Part shown: positions 45,500 through 61,540 of the stretch, in pieces
Numbering within the stretch: position 1 is the stretch's first letter
How the letters are laid out: each line of letters opens with the position of its first letter
Source: the human T2T-CHM13v2.0 reference genome, Homo sapiens
Reading direction: 5' to 3' (one strand)
Length of the DNA: 64,000 nucleotides
NCBI RefSeq assembly: GCF_009914755.1
Contig: NC_060928.1
The notes under the pieces: generated by a model
The model's input: only the letters and a program-made list of their open reading frames with translations
Databases searched by the model: none
Told to the model about the DNA's origin: nothing
Position numbers and translations under genes: made by a program

Positions 45500-47545
45500 G
45501 TCATTACTAATAACTGTAATGCTTTTATGGTATTACCATTTCATGCATAATACTCCCTAATACCACCTCTGTCTTTCTAAGTTAGTTCCAGTGTCCCCTA
45601 ATTCAACTAGAACTTCCAAACTATTGTCCATTCCATATTCCCGTGGTCCTGCACTACTGGAGGTGCTCTCCATCCTTCTCATCCTACTTCAATTCCATAT
45701 GCAATCATTACTACTACTCCCTCATAACTATTGTTGAATTCCAGGGACCTAGCTTACGCCTTCATTTGTTGACAGAATAACATCATGGTTTATTCAATCT
45801 CTTATTTCTCTTATCTTGCAACTATGCATTGCTGATTGTGACTAAAGAAAATGCACATAAATATTTAAATATACGACCAAAAAACAAAAGTGGGTTCTTG
45901 TGCTGCCAGACAACCAAACCATACTATTTGCTCTCCCGTTGTTCTAGATGTTATCTTACACTGCCTTTTCTTTACTAAAACTTCCAACATTTTCTACCTC
46001 ATTTACCCTCATATAATGCCTATCGTTCTTACTTTCCTCGGGAAGTTGAGGCAATCACAAGAGAATATTGACAGACTGTCACCACTACACCTATTCATAT
46101 GCCATCATCTATATTAGTATAAAGTAACTTTCTGCCCTTCATGAGAAATGAAATCTTCATTTACCTATGTAATGCCAATTACTCAGTCTATGTCCCAAAT
46201 TTCCTTTGTCTTCCTTACACAGATATTGCTGTAACATTTCTCTACTTGCTTTTTTAGTTACTAAAATTTCCCTCTCTGATAGATTGTATCAGTCATCATA
46301 GGAATGTATTTAAACACTCTTTCCTATCTTAAATAAAACTTTTTGGCCCACAACTCTAATAAACTTCCTCCTCTTTGTAGCAAAACTCCATGTGAAATAA
46401 TTGTCTATACTCGCTGTCTTCAAATAACTCTCTCAAATTATGTCTTAAATTGAGCATTTACTCTGGCCATTTTGCCAAAGCTGCTTTTCCCAAGGTCACC
46501 AAAGTACTTTATGGGTTATCTAAATTCCAATAACTATGTGTGACATTTGACACAGTCAATACTCTCACCTCCTTGATACACTGTCTTACTTGGCTTCTAA
46601 CTTAGCCTACACTGTTAATTTTCTCCTACCTTATTGATTATTCCATATCAGTCCTCTTTTCCTATTACCTCTCTTCTATCCGACATTTACTATGGTAGTA
46701 CCTTTGGGATATCAGTTCTTGGTTCTCTTCTCTGTCTAAACTTACCCTTGTATTAATCTTATCATATGTAATGATATTATAAAGAATACACAGGATCATA
46801 TTATTAACTAGGCTCATATGAAACAGAAATACTACCCAGTATCAGGGTAACTAATAAATATTGAGGCACAAATAAGTAGGAAGACCTCTAGGACTATCAA
46901 CACAGTTCCAATGGTTCTTTTATTCTACACTGGACCTGCTCCGAACTAATTAAAAAATTAACACAAGTAGTCTCTAAGTGATGTGTGAGGTTGAGATTAT
47001 TTACAAAGAAGGAGTCATTGTGGTCAATAAGTTAAATCATGTATATTCAGATTATTAAATAATTTATATGACATATCCCATGGGCCACCCACATAAATTC
47101 ATAGATGACAGGTTTACTGTAATCAATTCTAAATCAGGTATATCCTTTTAAAATCAATCACAGATAGAGCCTTCAACTAGCAAAATCATTTGTTTATTTT
47201 TCAGGAAAATTATCATTATTATATTTATAAGGACATTTACCAAGTAATTTGCCTTCTTTATTTTCCTTAGTAAGAGGAAACTGAATGAAGGGAAGACCAG
47301 CTGTTTAGCTGCATACTTTCCAGCATTGTCTCATATTTTAATATTAATGACTTCCAATTTATATATCCAGCTAAATCTCTCTCATGAATTGCATAATATT
47401 TTACCAAAGGCCATTCTCAATATCTCTATTAAGATGTTAAATCGTCATCTCATGCTTAACACGTCAAGCACTGAATTCTTAATACTCTTCCTGCTAAAAT
47501 CTCTCCCATAATGACTGATAGCTATTCTCATCTTCAAGCTCAAAA
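45500..47545 (+). mobile_element. Degenerate L2 LINE, interrupted at about 46770-47330
   Basis: CTGCTTTTCCCAAGGTCACCAA..CATTTGACACAGT..CCTCCTTGATACACT; ATGACTTCCAATTTATATATCCAGC..CATCTCATGCTTAACACGTC. Boundaries approximate. Confidence 0.6.
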
Positions 47546-47574
47546 ATCATTAATTTAGGCCACTTGAGTCTAAT

Positions 47575-47770
47575 TCAGCCCACTACAACCATGTACTTTG
47601 GTAATAGAAGTCTATTGCAACACGATTACAGTCTTTAGCTTATGTATTCTCTGTGGCTGTTTTCAGGATACAGCTGCATATTCTAATAGTTTCAGTGAAG
47701 ATCATAGGCATAGAAAGTTTAAAATGTTTACTTTCTGGCCCTTTAAACAAAAAGTTGGCAGATCACTGAT
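47575..47770 (+). mobile_element. MER58A-like hAT MITE
   Basis: TATGTATTCTCTGTGGCTGTTTTC ... AAAATGTTTACTTTCTGGCCCTTTAAACAAAAAGTTGGCAGATCACTG. Confidence 0.7.
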
Positions 47771-47816
47771 ATAAAATAGTCTATAATTGTTCTGTCTTCT
47801 AATCTCATTGTGCGGT

Positions 47817-48663
47817 TTTCTTTTTTCTTTTCTTTTTTTATTATGCTTTAAGTTCTAGGGTACATGTGCACAACATGCAGGTTTGTTATATATGTATACA
47901 TGTGCCATGTTGGTGTGCTGCACCCATTAACTCGTCATTTACATTAGGTATATCTCCTAATGTTATCCCTCCTCGCTCCCCCCACCCCACTACAGGCCCC
48001 GGTGTGTGATGTTCCCCTTCCTGTGTCCAAGTGTTCTCATTGTTCAATTCACACCTGTGAGTGAGAACATGCAGTGTTTGGTTTTTTGTCCTGGTGATAG
48101 TTTGCTGAGGATCATGGTTTCCAGCTTCATCCATGTCCCTACAAAGGACAGGAACTCATCATTTTTTATGGCTGCATAGTATTCCATGGTGTATATGTGC
48201 CACATTTTCTTAATCCAGTCTATCATTGATGGACATTTGGGTTGGTTCCAAGTCTTTGCTATTGTGAATAGTGCCGCAATGAACATACATGTGCATGTGT
48301 CTTTATAGCAGCATGATTTATAATCCTTTGGGTATATACCCAGTAATGGGATGGCTGGGTCAAATGGCATTTCTAGTTCTAGATCCTTGAGGAATCGCCA
48401 CCCTGTCTTCCACAATGGTTGAACTAGTTTACAGTCCCACCAATAGTGTAAAAGTGTTCCTATTTCTCCACATCCTCTCCAGCACCTGTTGTTTCCCGAC
48501 TTTTTAATGATCGCCATTCTAACTGGTGTGAGATGGTATCTCCTTGTGGTTTTGAATTGCATTTCTCTTATGGCCAGTGATGATGAGCATTTTTTCATGT
48601 GTCTGTTGGCTGCATCAATGTCTTCTTTTGAGAAGTGTCTGTTCACATCCTTTGCCCACTTTT
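47817..48663 (-). mobile_element. 5'-truncated L1PA (L1PA4/5-like), about 850 bp
   Basis: ORF 48044-48646(-) is the ORF2 C-terminus ([23 protein letters not shown]); 3'UTR and T tract at left. Confidence 0.95.
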
Positions 48664-51385
48664 ATAATTTTTTTCTACTTTCAAAACTGAGTTCATAAAC
48701 CCTCTTTTAACTTCTTTGAAATAGTATTTTAAATGATAATATTTTCCTATTTCTATTATGGTTTTTATTGAATCCACATAGTATTTCTAAATTGTTTTCT
48801 TAATTTTTAAGAATATAAGTATCTTCAACTTAGTTACAATGTATACAGCAGAAACATTTGGTAAGCTATTAGTCCTTTTGAAATTTTGGAGACTTGCTTT
48901 ATGGCAAATCTATGTTTGTTTTCTTTCTATGCTGCAGTGTAGATAGTTGTATGTGCTCTATCTTCAAGTTCACCAATTTTCCATTCAGCCCTGCCTAAAC
49001 TTCTGTGAAACATATCCGTTCAGTTTTTAATTTTGGTTGTGTTTTGGTGTGCATTGGTTTATTTTTTAAAATATTTTATGCCTTTTAAAATTGTTTTATT
49101 GTTTTCAAGTCTAATAAAAGTGTGAAAACGTGCATTTTATTTCTTACTACATAGTAATCATAATTTGTATTTGTAGGCTGTGGTCGATATTTCCAAATAG
49201 TCCTCGGGGAAATATTTCAATTTGTGGATTATGCTCATTCTTAATTACAGTGTCTTGTTTCCTTTTATGTCTGGTCATTTGTACTCCATATTAGACCTTG
49301 TATAAAAAATACTTTTAATTATCCTTGCTTATTTCACTTTTGTGTGATTATATCTTCTTTCAAAGATGATATCCTTTACTTATATTTAATGCAATCTTTG
49401 ATCATATTAATGTAAGTTTGGGATTTGTTTTTTCAGCTAAAGCTTTAAAAGACCATGTAAAGACAGGCTTTAATGCATGGCAGCCTGCTTTAATCCAGTT
49501 AAACCTTAACTGATGACAAAGATCTTTGAGTCCTACATTAACATACTGAATGGTTCATCAGCATCACAAAATGTTTCATATCTCATTTTTTTTAAGTTCC
49601 ATAGATGAAAAACAGATCCATTTGTAGTTCTTTCTTCCTTGATTATAAATGCTTTCAGAATCCATGGTTATTAGTATGACTTTTTTTTGTTTGTTGTTTG
49701 CTTGATTTATTCCTCAAATCATGGCCTAGAAATTCTTCATTGAATGGTTAGATCTTTGGTATTTTCAAGAAGATAAAATATGTTTTTGAATGAGCTTGGT
49801 TGTTCTCAAGGAGAACATTGACCATATTATACATTGTTTTATCCACCATTACAGGAAGCAAGGATTCCGAGTACTCTTCTGAGTACATGGCTATTTCAAG
49901 GAAATTAAATTCATAGATACAAGTGGTTCAAATCCAGGCTGCATTAGTAACTGTGCAATCACAGGCAATTTTATTGTCCTCTCTTAATCTTGTTTCCTAC
50001 CTATTTAATATTGGGATGGTAACAGAGATTTTCAGAGTTTATGTGAGAAATATAAATGTATATAGAGTAACTAACATATGCATATGTCACATAAAAGAGC
50101 AACCAAACAGATGGCTCATTATTCTGGTCAGTATTGCTACTATTAATGTAAATTTAAAATTATAATTCAAACTGAGTAAATCATTTATCATTGTCGTGTA
50201 CTACATAAATACTTGTAGAGAAAACCCACCTATCTTCAAAAAAATAGAGAAAATATGAAAGTGAGAGAGAGAGAGAGAGAGAGCACAGCACATTGGGTAT
50301 ATAACTATTATGTAGAAATCTTAATATCCTCCCATTACACTTAGACATTGTTCGGTAATTTTCTAGTTTGGTTTCTGATATTATAAATCTAAAAATGGTG
50401 ATACAGAGTAGATTAAAAAGTTAGAACAAAAGACTTACGAGAAAAAGTTTAAAAATGGAAAAATTCTTAACCTGTTAATAGGAAACACTTGTTGTCCTAC
50501 ATATGAAGAGACGTGATTTAGAGATTCTCTCTTCAAGTCCTTGGAAAGCAAAATAAGAAAAGAGCTAAAATTAAGTGAGAGAGATTTGTTTGAAGATATG
50601 TTTTTGGAATGTAAGTGGTGTTTAAAAAAATGACAGAGCAATTTGAAGAAAGATGTGCCTGGTCTTTCCCTGGAGATTCTGAAAATATGATGAATAGTCA
50701 CAGGTTAAAATCTGTTAGAATCTTTTTTAAAAGGTAGAAAAAACGTTAGATGATCTCACCGGGGTTACTTCAATCCTTTAATTCTATTTTTGTAGGACTC
50801 AAAATTATAACTGTATTCTTAGCATAAAATGGCCAGTTACAAATACATCCTAGTAATTTCAAAACAAATAAGCAAACAAACAAAAAATCTTACTATACAA
50901 AGTAATTTAAATTATATTGTGTATCTTGTAGCAGATAAGATCTGAGCTTTGGCATCTTAAATAATTTGCTTTGTTTCAGGTCAATGCTAAGCAAAAATTA
51001 TTTGGAAAAAATGTTTAATTAACCTGTGAAAGATTAACTTTCTCATTGATAAAATGAGGACAATAATTCACACAATTGATCTTAGAATTTAATAAATAAA
51101 ATAATACATATAAATCAAACTTTCACCATGCCTAATAAGCATAGTTTCTTAAAAATTACTTCATGAAAAAACAAATACAACAAATAAAAGCAGGCAATAA
51201 ATTAACTAAGAATATATAATCTCATGATAAAATTGAATAAGAACTCCATGCTTTACTAGGAGAAGTAATCAAATGGTTAAGTCAAATAATTAAAAAGTGA
51301 ATTTATCTTTTTTGTTATCATTGAATGTGACCTTGATTTTTTCTAATATTTAAAATTAGATGCATTTGTATAAACTGCCTCAAAT

Positions 51386-51510
51386 CTTTCTCCTCCTGCT
51401 GCTCCTACTTCTCCTCCTTCCTCTTTTACCCTCTCCTTTTCTCTCTCCTCCTCCCTTTCTCTCTCTTTTTCTCTCTCCTCCTCCCTTTCTCTCTCTTTTT
51501 CTCTCTCTCA
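51386..51510. repeat. Polypyrimidine tract with a perfect 30-bp tandem duplication
   Basis: CTCTCTCCTCCTCCCTTTCTCTCTCTTTTT at 51441-51470 and 51471-51500. Confidence 0.9.
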
Positions 51511-51598
51511 TTCTACTTGATTTTATTTTTCTTTATCACTAGATGGTTTTGAGGCCTAAGGCACAGAATTAATCTCTCTATTTCAGTTTCCTAATGTA

Positions 51599-53097
<1,499 letters not shown>

Positions 53098-53802
53098 TAA
53101 TTGTAAATATTAAAGTATTTAATATATTTAAAGCATTTAAGACAGTTTCTCCATCTAGCAAAAAATAAGGAATTGTTAGTTATCATCTTTGCATCTTATA
53201 AAAAGGTATGGCTCTGCTTGATTTCAGCTTAACAATGTAAATTACAGTAACATAGGGTTGTTATGAGGCAGGAACAAATTAACATTTAGAATACTGCTTG
53301 GCACATAGCAAGCATTAAATGTGTTTATTTTAAAAATTAATATACCATGCAGTAATCATACAGTAGACTTAATTTTCAAGAAACTTAGCCATCTAACAAA
53401 ATATGTATATGTTCGTGTCTATGTGTACAAAAGGCAAGCTCTAGATGTATTGAAGATATTAACATTTAATAGAATTTGAAAATTATTCTAATAAAGATTT
53501 GGCATATCATGTGATATAAGGGATGTGTAAATAAATAAACATAATCCAGGAAATTTATTTTTAGAAGTTTAATTACTAATGTGATTTATTCTTATAAGGT
53601 TAAAACTAATAACCACATGCTAAGTCACCAGATTCATTATAATTAATTTAAAATTAAAAGTATAATTGTTTCAATTTTATATTTATATACATATATTATA
53701 TCTTTGTTGGCAAGGCATTGGTATTCATGACAGTTTAACATTTCTGGAGGAGGAGTTAGCTGTGTTGGTTTATATCCAGAGAGTTAATAGCAATGCCTAT
53801 GC

Positions 53803-54472
53803 TTGAAGTTCCCAAAATGTGTGCTGAGGTGCTCAGGTTGCAACAGTGAATTCACCCAATTCCCATGGAATAATGCATTGCATTTCATAATTTTCAAGAA
53901 AAACACAGCAACACTCAACAGAGTTACTAAACATCATACATCACACGATACTTCACAGTTCAGTATTAATGCACATTGAATTCCTTTCAATGGCATCATG
54001 TCTTTGCAAATCTGTGTTTTCAGAAATTGCTATAATAAAAATCAAGTACTGAGGGAAAGCTACCACAAAACAGATTTTAGGGATACTGGTGTCCAATCTA
54101 ATTCCAAAATTTGAGAAGCTATAAAGTGTGCAAAAGGTAAATATATCCATTTTATAAGACATTGTGGTTTTTTAATAATGAAATAAAATATTTTCTTACA
54201 ATTTATATGTATTGTTTTAAAATGGCTGTACTGTTTAGGTTAACTACTTAATAAATAAAATTGATTAGTATTTATTTTATGGAGAAGAACCATTTTTTAC
54301 TGTACATAAGTGTATGTGCTGTACATTTATTGGAAGTACAGTAGGTTTATTTCACCACAGACATGTGAGTAATGCCTTGCACTATGATATTATGATGGCA
54401 ATGACATCACTAGCTGGTAGTGATCAGGCCAGAGTAAGGACTCTGTTAGCTGCAAAAGTTTGGGAACCTCTG
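53803..54472 (+). mobile_element. hAT-Charlie element (Charlie4a-like) carrying a copied Tigger3 segment at 54298-54420
   Basis: Inverted termini GTTCCCAAA / TTTGGGAAC(CTCTG). Family assigned from memory. Confidence 0.6.
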
Positions 54473-56169
54473 GTCTACAGCAAAAGTGCTGCTCCCAGAT
54501 ATCTCAATCCTGAATGTCAGAATAGTTCTCTATTCTTTTCATATCCAGAGAAAACATTTTGCTACTCATTTTCGTTATTTTTCCACCCAAGCCACAGTGT
54601 ACATATTAAAATTCTCTCATTAAATGTTCTTTCAGCTTTGGAATTTCACTCTGAGCAGTGTTTTAGTTAATGTCTGTAGTAGAAAACAAACAAATAACAT
54701 CATCAACAACAACAAGGAGAAAGTTTCTGGTCTTTATTCTCCTAATATCAATATTTTTTCTTCACCGTTTGTTACTCCTTGAGGTTCCTGAAGTAAACTA
54801 GAAAGATGCCTTGGCACAACACTCTGCCAATACATAAGGGGATTCTATCATTGCAAGTAACAAAAAAAAAACTAATGAGAAGTGGACCTGGCAGCATCTC
54901 AAATCTGTATCAATGTTATGCATTTTGAAGAAACACAATTTTATTGGTAAAAATAAATCCCTTTAGATTGAACTAATTTTAGTCTATGTACTTCACATAG
55001 GCCTCTGTGTTATGATACAGGAGCAGAAAGAATGAGGCTTCTTCGCAGTAGACAGATTGAAACTTTCACTCTAATTTGAGAGTTTCCCTCAAATCTCTCT
55101 GTCCAATTGACACCTGTGTTATTTCCCATTGTTAAGTTCTGAAGGAATGAATGTTACAAAAGACCTGGGTGATATGATCACTAGTCTATGGCCAAACACA
55201 TACCAGAATTATAGAGATCAAATATAGCAAATGGAAGAAGGGAAAATAATTCTAAAACAATGAGAGAAGTATTCAACCCACTTTTCTACGTAAGGCAGCA
55301 ATATGTTTAACCGCACAATGTCAAATATTGAAAATATTTCTTACCCTTGGGGAAGGAATGATGTCAAATATTCGATATTTTATTAGGGATTTTGGAAAAT
55401 TCCCTGGATTTTGACTGCAGACATCAAAATGAAAATAGAGGCTCAAAATCAGTCTGGGAGTTCAAGAGGGGTGAATAATGCTCAACTGACAATTTTCTCT
55501 CCATCCTTTTCCTCTCCACAAAGCCCATTTCTATTAAAGGTAAATGTGTCTCTCCTTTATGTAAGTAGCGAAGACCTCAAAGCAGTTTTGATTTGTGCAG
55601 CTTCTCGAAGCTATTCCAAAAATTCTCTGGACTACAGAGAATCTTTGCTTCATGTGAGTACAACTGAAAGGTGCTCTTATAGTTTCTTTTTATTTTTTAA
55701 CAGCAACAAAGAAACTTACTACCCCAGATTATTAATTCCAGTTTTAAAAATAGAAAAAAAGTTGAAAATTTCAACTTATATTTCTCTTTTACCCCAGAAT
55801 TTGACACAATACATATTCCTAATCAATATTTCAAGTATCTTAATATCCATTTTTACTCTATTCTTAAGTTCAAGCTGTCTGATTTCCACCCTCTGTTTAG
55901 CAAGCTCTGTGTAAAAGATAATTTTCTTAAGCATCTATGTTTCTAGAGATAGTCCTGAGGATATGGAGGTTAAGTGCTAAAAATGCATGTGAAATGCATA
56001 GGAAAATATTTGACACACAGCAGGCACCTAATGGAACCTATAGATGCAAGCATTCCTCCCCATTAGAAGTAGAAGTTGGCTCCCCTTGGGGACTTGTGAC
56101 AGTTTCATTAAGGTATAAACCCTTGGAAATTCTGGTGAGGGGGAGGGAATAAATCTCCTTCTGAGATTG

Positions 56170-56420
56170 AGGAAAATTTTCCAGAAGTTCATTTCGGATG
56201 ATCTTGCTTATGTCTCATTGGCTACAGGTGGTTTATATTTATGGTGCTCCTAAATTATTGTCACAAAATGAGAATGGACTTAAAATGGTTAGCTTAGAAT
56301 AGTGAGTCTCCTCTTGAAACTCATCTTCATCAGGAGATGGACAAATGAAATCACAGTTCTGTTTAGAAAGAGAGAAAGAGAGGGGAAGTGACTGTCAGGT
56401 TGTCAGTGTGAATTGTAAAC
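56170..56420 (-). mobile_element. Old MLT1-type MaLR LTR fragment
   Basis: TTTTCCAGAAG..CTTATGTCTCATTGGCTA ... GTTCTGTTTAGAAAGAGAGAAAGAGAGGGG; very degenerate. Confidence 0.45.
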
Positions 56421-59400
56421 TGCATAATATACTTAATTTGTACTTATCTCATGTTCCTAGCAAGCTATAACTAAACAGAGGTGGTGCACTCTATCAGGCA
56501 TAGCCTCCACTTCTCTGTGAACAATGCACCCCAACTTTATGCAGAAAACTTTCTAAAGAGGGTTTGTACATTCTTCTCTGTCTTGACTTTGCATTGTCTC
56601 TGAATGTCTCTATCCATAGGGTTCCCTAGACAATTTTTACCATTGTACCATTGAGAATCATGCTTTGCATTTTTTTTAACTAATGAGTCTTCCTTCAGGA
56701 AAAACATTTTATCCCTTTGTGCTCATATCTGCCTTAAGTGATTTTAAATAGAAAGGGTTCTTAACTTTTCTCAGTGCCTGTGCCCCAGAGTACAGCTGCT
56801 TTGCCAAGGTCTGTTCTTAAGACCTTGCTTTACTTCATCTTTAAAACTTACCATAAGTGAGCAATTTGTGCTACTTCAACAATATCAGAGGCATTCATTT
56901 CTGTCCTTTATTTTTATTCAGCAGTGACATATTTCACTTATGTTCCACTTCCCATTTATTTTTCAACTATATCTGTAAGGAAGACTTTTAAAGTTATTAA
57001 AATGTTAACTGTTTCCTAAGAGCGTTCCTTTGCTATGGCCCGAAATCTTTGTCCTTTTATTTGTCTCTCCTGCCTTTAGGCATAGACATTTGTTTTGCTA
57101 AAATTTTTCTCCATATTTTTCATTGAGAATCCCTCACAGTGAAACCTATGAATTCTACAAATTCTCACGTTGATAGAAACATTCATTTTTCAAACAAATC
57201 TTTTCTATCCTCTCCTCCTAAGTTGTATAATTCTACCCAAGAGGTATCATTTATCCATTTTATATCTCTCCCCTCCATGGAATACATTTATTGTTCTACC
57301 TTCCTTCCCCAAAGAAAGATTTGTCTTCCCTGAGACATACCTCATGCTTCTAAGTAATAGATGTCCCTCAGCATACGTATATAACCTATTGGTCTCCTAC
57401 CTAAATGTTTGGATTTGTTTTTCTTCTAATACCATATCAAGCATTCTACATTGAGAATAATACTAGTCTTTTCCCAGGAAATCTGACATGATTTTCAGGA
57501 ACCTATAAGTGATGTTCTCCTAATCAGAAAAGAGAGGGACAAGGCAGTTGTCAGGGAAAATATTAACACCTTTATAAGATAAAAACACACGAAAGAGTTT
57601 CTTTAGCAAGTAAGTGTCTCAGAGAATAATTTCACTTTTCTACCTGAGATTTCCCCTTTTCTTCTTTTGAAATGCCTTGTAATTGTTCTCTTGAGAATAC
57701 ACTATCAAATCTCTGAACCTCCAATTTTCCCCAGTTCCATATTGATGAGCAATTTATCATTGAATAAAACACATTCACAGTTATGAATGTGTTTTATTTG
57801 TCATTATATACATATTTATCCTATTCTTTAATATTTCAACTCTTATACTAAGGAAAACTTTCAATTCCTACTGTGAATATTATTTTCTGGACCTACTAAT
57901 CAATTTATTTTTAACATTAGGTTAATGTAATGTTAAAATACTGGAAGCATTCAGAAAGTTGTGTGAAATCTTGCTTCTACTCATCCCTCTTCCTCTATTT
58001 ACTCCCAAGTGCCCTGCAATGGGCACTTTTATATTCTTGCAAGAAATTATTCAAAAATAAATTATCTTATTACCAAAGAAATGCTCACTGTTTCTATCTG
58101 ATTCTTATATGGAGATGGCTCTGTAACTTACATTAATTAAAAGAGAATTTATCTCCTGATTGTTGAATGTTTTTGACACTATTAGTACTATTGTCCTCCT
58201 GCATTTTAAACTTCAGTTTTCAGGTTCATTAATACAGGAATTTATTTCTCTTTCTCTCTGGACTTAATATCCATGCCTACCAAGTTTTATCTTTTCTTTC
58301 CCTGCCTGATTTTGCTAATGTGAGCTTGTTTTCTTGGTAGCATACTGCATATTGCATGTCCAATCAGTGGCTACTTAGGAGGCTCTGCCCACATTTTCTC
58401 TCTGTTGCCTATTTCTTCTTTTGTGTGTGCTACTGAACATATGCAGCTTTTTAACATTGAGGGGCTTTAATTTATCAATAAGCAACTACTATTTTATACA
58501 AGAGATTCATGCATTGAACCTCACTTCAGTTGCTTAAGACGTATGGGGACCTTTTAATATCAATTACTATATTGGAATCAGAACCCTCCCTGTTTGTTTT
58601 GCTTCTAGATCTGGATACAATTAATCCCATAGTTTCAGTTCCTACATACTACTGTCTACTTTTGATCCACAGGCATATTTCTCTAACATTAACCTATGTA
58701 ATTCTTTGGTCACTTTCAAATTTCATATCAATATAAGCTTGCTTTGGAAAACCCACCCAAATATACACCCTGTGCCTTAATGAAAAGAGGCAACTAGGAA
58801 TTAAGTAATTAGGTATCAACCATATGTCATATTTTTAACAATACCACTCATATTCAATTTCAGATCCATGCAAGTTTACAGCATAGTATCCTTCAACCTT
58901 CCGCAAGTACAACACAACATTTAATTAAACAGAATTATTTCTCTTTATCTTTTTGGCAACTGCAGATATTTTCAAATGCGATTTGCAATCTCTATGCTTA
59001 AGGTTTTTTAAAAAAGAGGATATTTCAAGTGAAGATTGACAAGAGTAAAATGTTTCTTTCTAATTTACAGACGTTAAAGAACAAAATGAATTTAGAAGCA
59101 TTTTCAATAAACTCTTGGGAGCTAGGTACCTGAAAAGTCTCTGTTGTTACTAATGAAAAAAGCATAAAACATTCTGCACATATCATTTATTCATTGTGTC
59201 ACATTTAAATCTTACTTTGGTGACTATACATACACAACATCTAAATCATGATTTCAAGAAAATTAACAATTATTTTGCCCATAACATCTTATCAATTGTG
59301 AGTTCACTGTAGTAGCTATCTTCTAAATCCCATGAAGTATAGGACTAGAGTTATCTCTATTTAATACATTATTTTATTATTCAAATTATTCTTAAATCAT

Positions 59401-60049
59401 TATTTGTAAGATTCCCAAATTAGGCATTCTGACATTGACTCAACTTGAATATAGCAAAGATAAATTATTTATATCTTTACATTGTTTCCTGTAATCGATG
59501 TTGTCATTATGATGGGCATTATATATTTTTCGCTGTCTCTTTTCACAAACTTCAAATATTATGAAAGCTTTAGCTCATTCTTATGATTTAACTCTTCAAG
59601 CTAAAAATACACAAAGGATATGAAAGGTAAAGATACATCCTCTGAAAGTTTATAAGCATAAACTGTATTAATTGAATTTTCTGTTTTTATACTTATTTCC
59701 CATTGTGCATTATATTTAATTTTGCCCTAGAACTTTTATGTTCTTTTTGGTTACGCAATATGAATAATGGTATTATAAACAGGCTCTTATATGATATGGA
59801 ATGAGAGGATTAAATATGCCCTGACTAAACTTAATTTTACAGTTATAGTAACCAATAAATATTCAATTTATTTTCAACTAAATTTTGTTCAGGTAAAAAA
59901 AAAAGATAAAGTTTGAATATGATTGTATAATTATGATAAATAAAATGCCATAAATTTTGTGCTATATTAGATTTCAATTTCAATTTTCATATCACACCCA
60001 TATTGATTTCACTTATAGAAAGGTTTCTTTCCAATCAATATTATTTTTA

Positions 60050-61540
60050 TTTTAATATTTACTATTGCAATTTTTTTGTTCCAAAACAGCATTTTTTTTC
60101 TTTTTTCCTCCACCATCTCAATACAGTATTGAACAGAAGTAGTGTGAAAGGGCATCTTTGTCTTGTTCAATATTTCATCATTAAGTATATTATTAGCTGA
60201 GGTTTTATGTGACAGCTGTATATCGACTTGGGGTAGTGCTCATATTTCTCAAATTTTCTGAAGTTGTTGGCTATGAGAGTGTGTTGAATTTGGTCCAACA
60301 GATTTTTCTTCATTGTTGAGATTATCATATGAATCGTGTTATATGTTGTTTTAATGTGGTATATTAAATGGATGTAACCAATCTTCCATTTCTGGGATAC
60401 AAATTAATTTGTCTTCTGTCAGAAATATGTTGCCAAATTCTTTGCATTAATAATTTCATAGGACTTTTACATCTAAATTCACAAGGGATGGTTCTCTGGA
60501 AATTTTTTCTTGCAGTTTCTGTCAGGTGTTGGTATGAGTTTTGTACTAGGTTCATGAAATTATTTGGAAAATGTTCCAGTATCCTAATGGTGATTGTGTG
60601 AGATTAAAAGTGTTAATTTCTTAAACATTTGGCGGAATTCAGTAGTGAAATATCTTGGTCTCGGGTTATTTTTTTGTGTGGAGATATTTTGTAATACAAA
60701 TTTAATTTATTAAATATACATGTGACTACTTAGAATGTCTACTTATATTTGTGTATGAGTAAGTTGTGTTTTACTGAGAAATTTATCCATTTCATCTAGT
60801 TGTTGAAGTAATTAGCATACAGTTATTCAAAAATTGGGATAAATGTATTCTTTCATTGTCTGGAGAATATTTGGTGATATTCCATCTTTAATCCTTGATA
60901 TTAGTGTTTTCTGTTCTCTCTCTTGTTCTCTATTAGTCATATTTAAGGGTCATCATGTTAACAAACCTTTCTAAAGTATCAGATTTGTTCTCTTTGTCTC
61001 TCTACTATCCATGATTTCTGTTTTTATATTCAATTTTTTAGTTACTTATACTTACTTTGGTTTAATTTGCCTTTTTGTTTCTACCTTTACAAGATGAAAT
61101 AAAAATCTCTGGTTTTCAGGTTTTTCTCTGATACAAGAACATAAGGCTATAAATCCCTCTTTAAAGGATAATTTAGATGCAACTCGTGAATTTTATTATG
61201 TTCTTTATGTATTCTGTTTGTTTCGATAAACCTTATAAGCCATTTGTGACATCTGCTTACCCAAAAGTTAATTAGAAATATGTAACTCATGTGTGGTCCA
61301 GTATGGTTCAATATATTGTTTATATTCACAAATAGCAGTGTGCACTAAAAAGAATGTGTGTTTTTTAAGGTGTTGGATGTAATGGTTTACAAAAGTCAAT
61401 AAGTAAAGTTGGTTGTTAGTATTAAGATCTATAGACTTACTCTTTTTGACTACTTGTTCTACCAATTGTCAAGACAGAAATGTTACAATCTCCAACTATT
61501 GTTGTGATTTTTCTATTTCACATATAATATTTTTATGTCG
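60050..61540 (-). mobile_element. Ancient L1M ORF2 fragment (EN to RT region)
   Basis: AAAGGGCATCTTTGTCTTGTTC (antisense of RQxCPL), AATTCAGTAGTGAAATATCTTGGTC, AATTTATCCATTTCATCTA, ATCTCCAACTATT. Confidence 0.75.

Noticed and set aside
55411-55914. 167-aa ORF in non-repeat sequence
   Set aside because: TTG start, Leu/Ser/Ile/Phe-rich composition typical of AT-rich noise, no recognisable domain or exon structure.
59071-59125. Exon-like segment (TTTCTAATTTACAG acceptor, AG/GTACCT donor)
   Set aside because: Weak donor and no transcript evidence; such motifs are common by chance.
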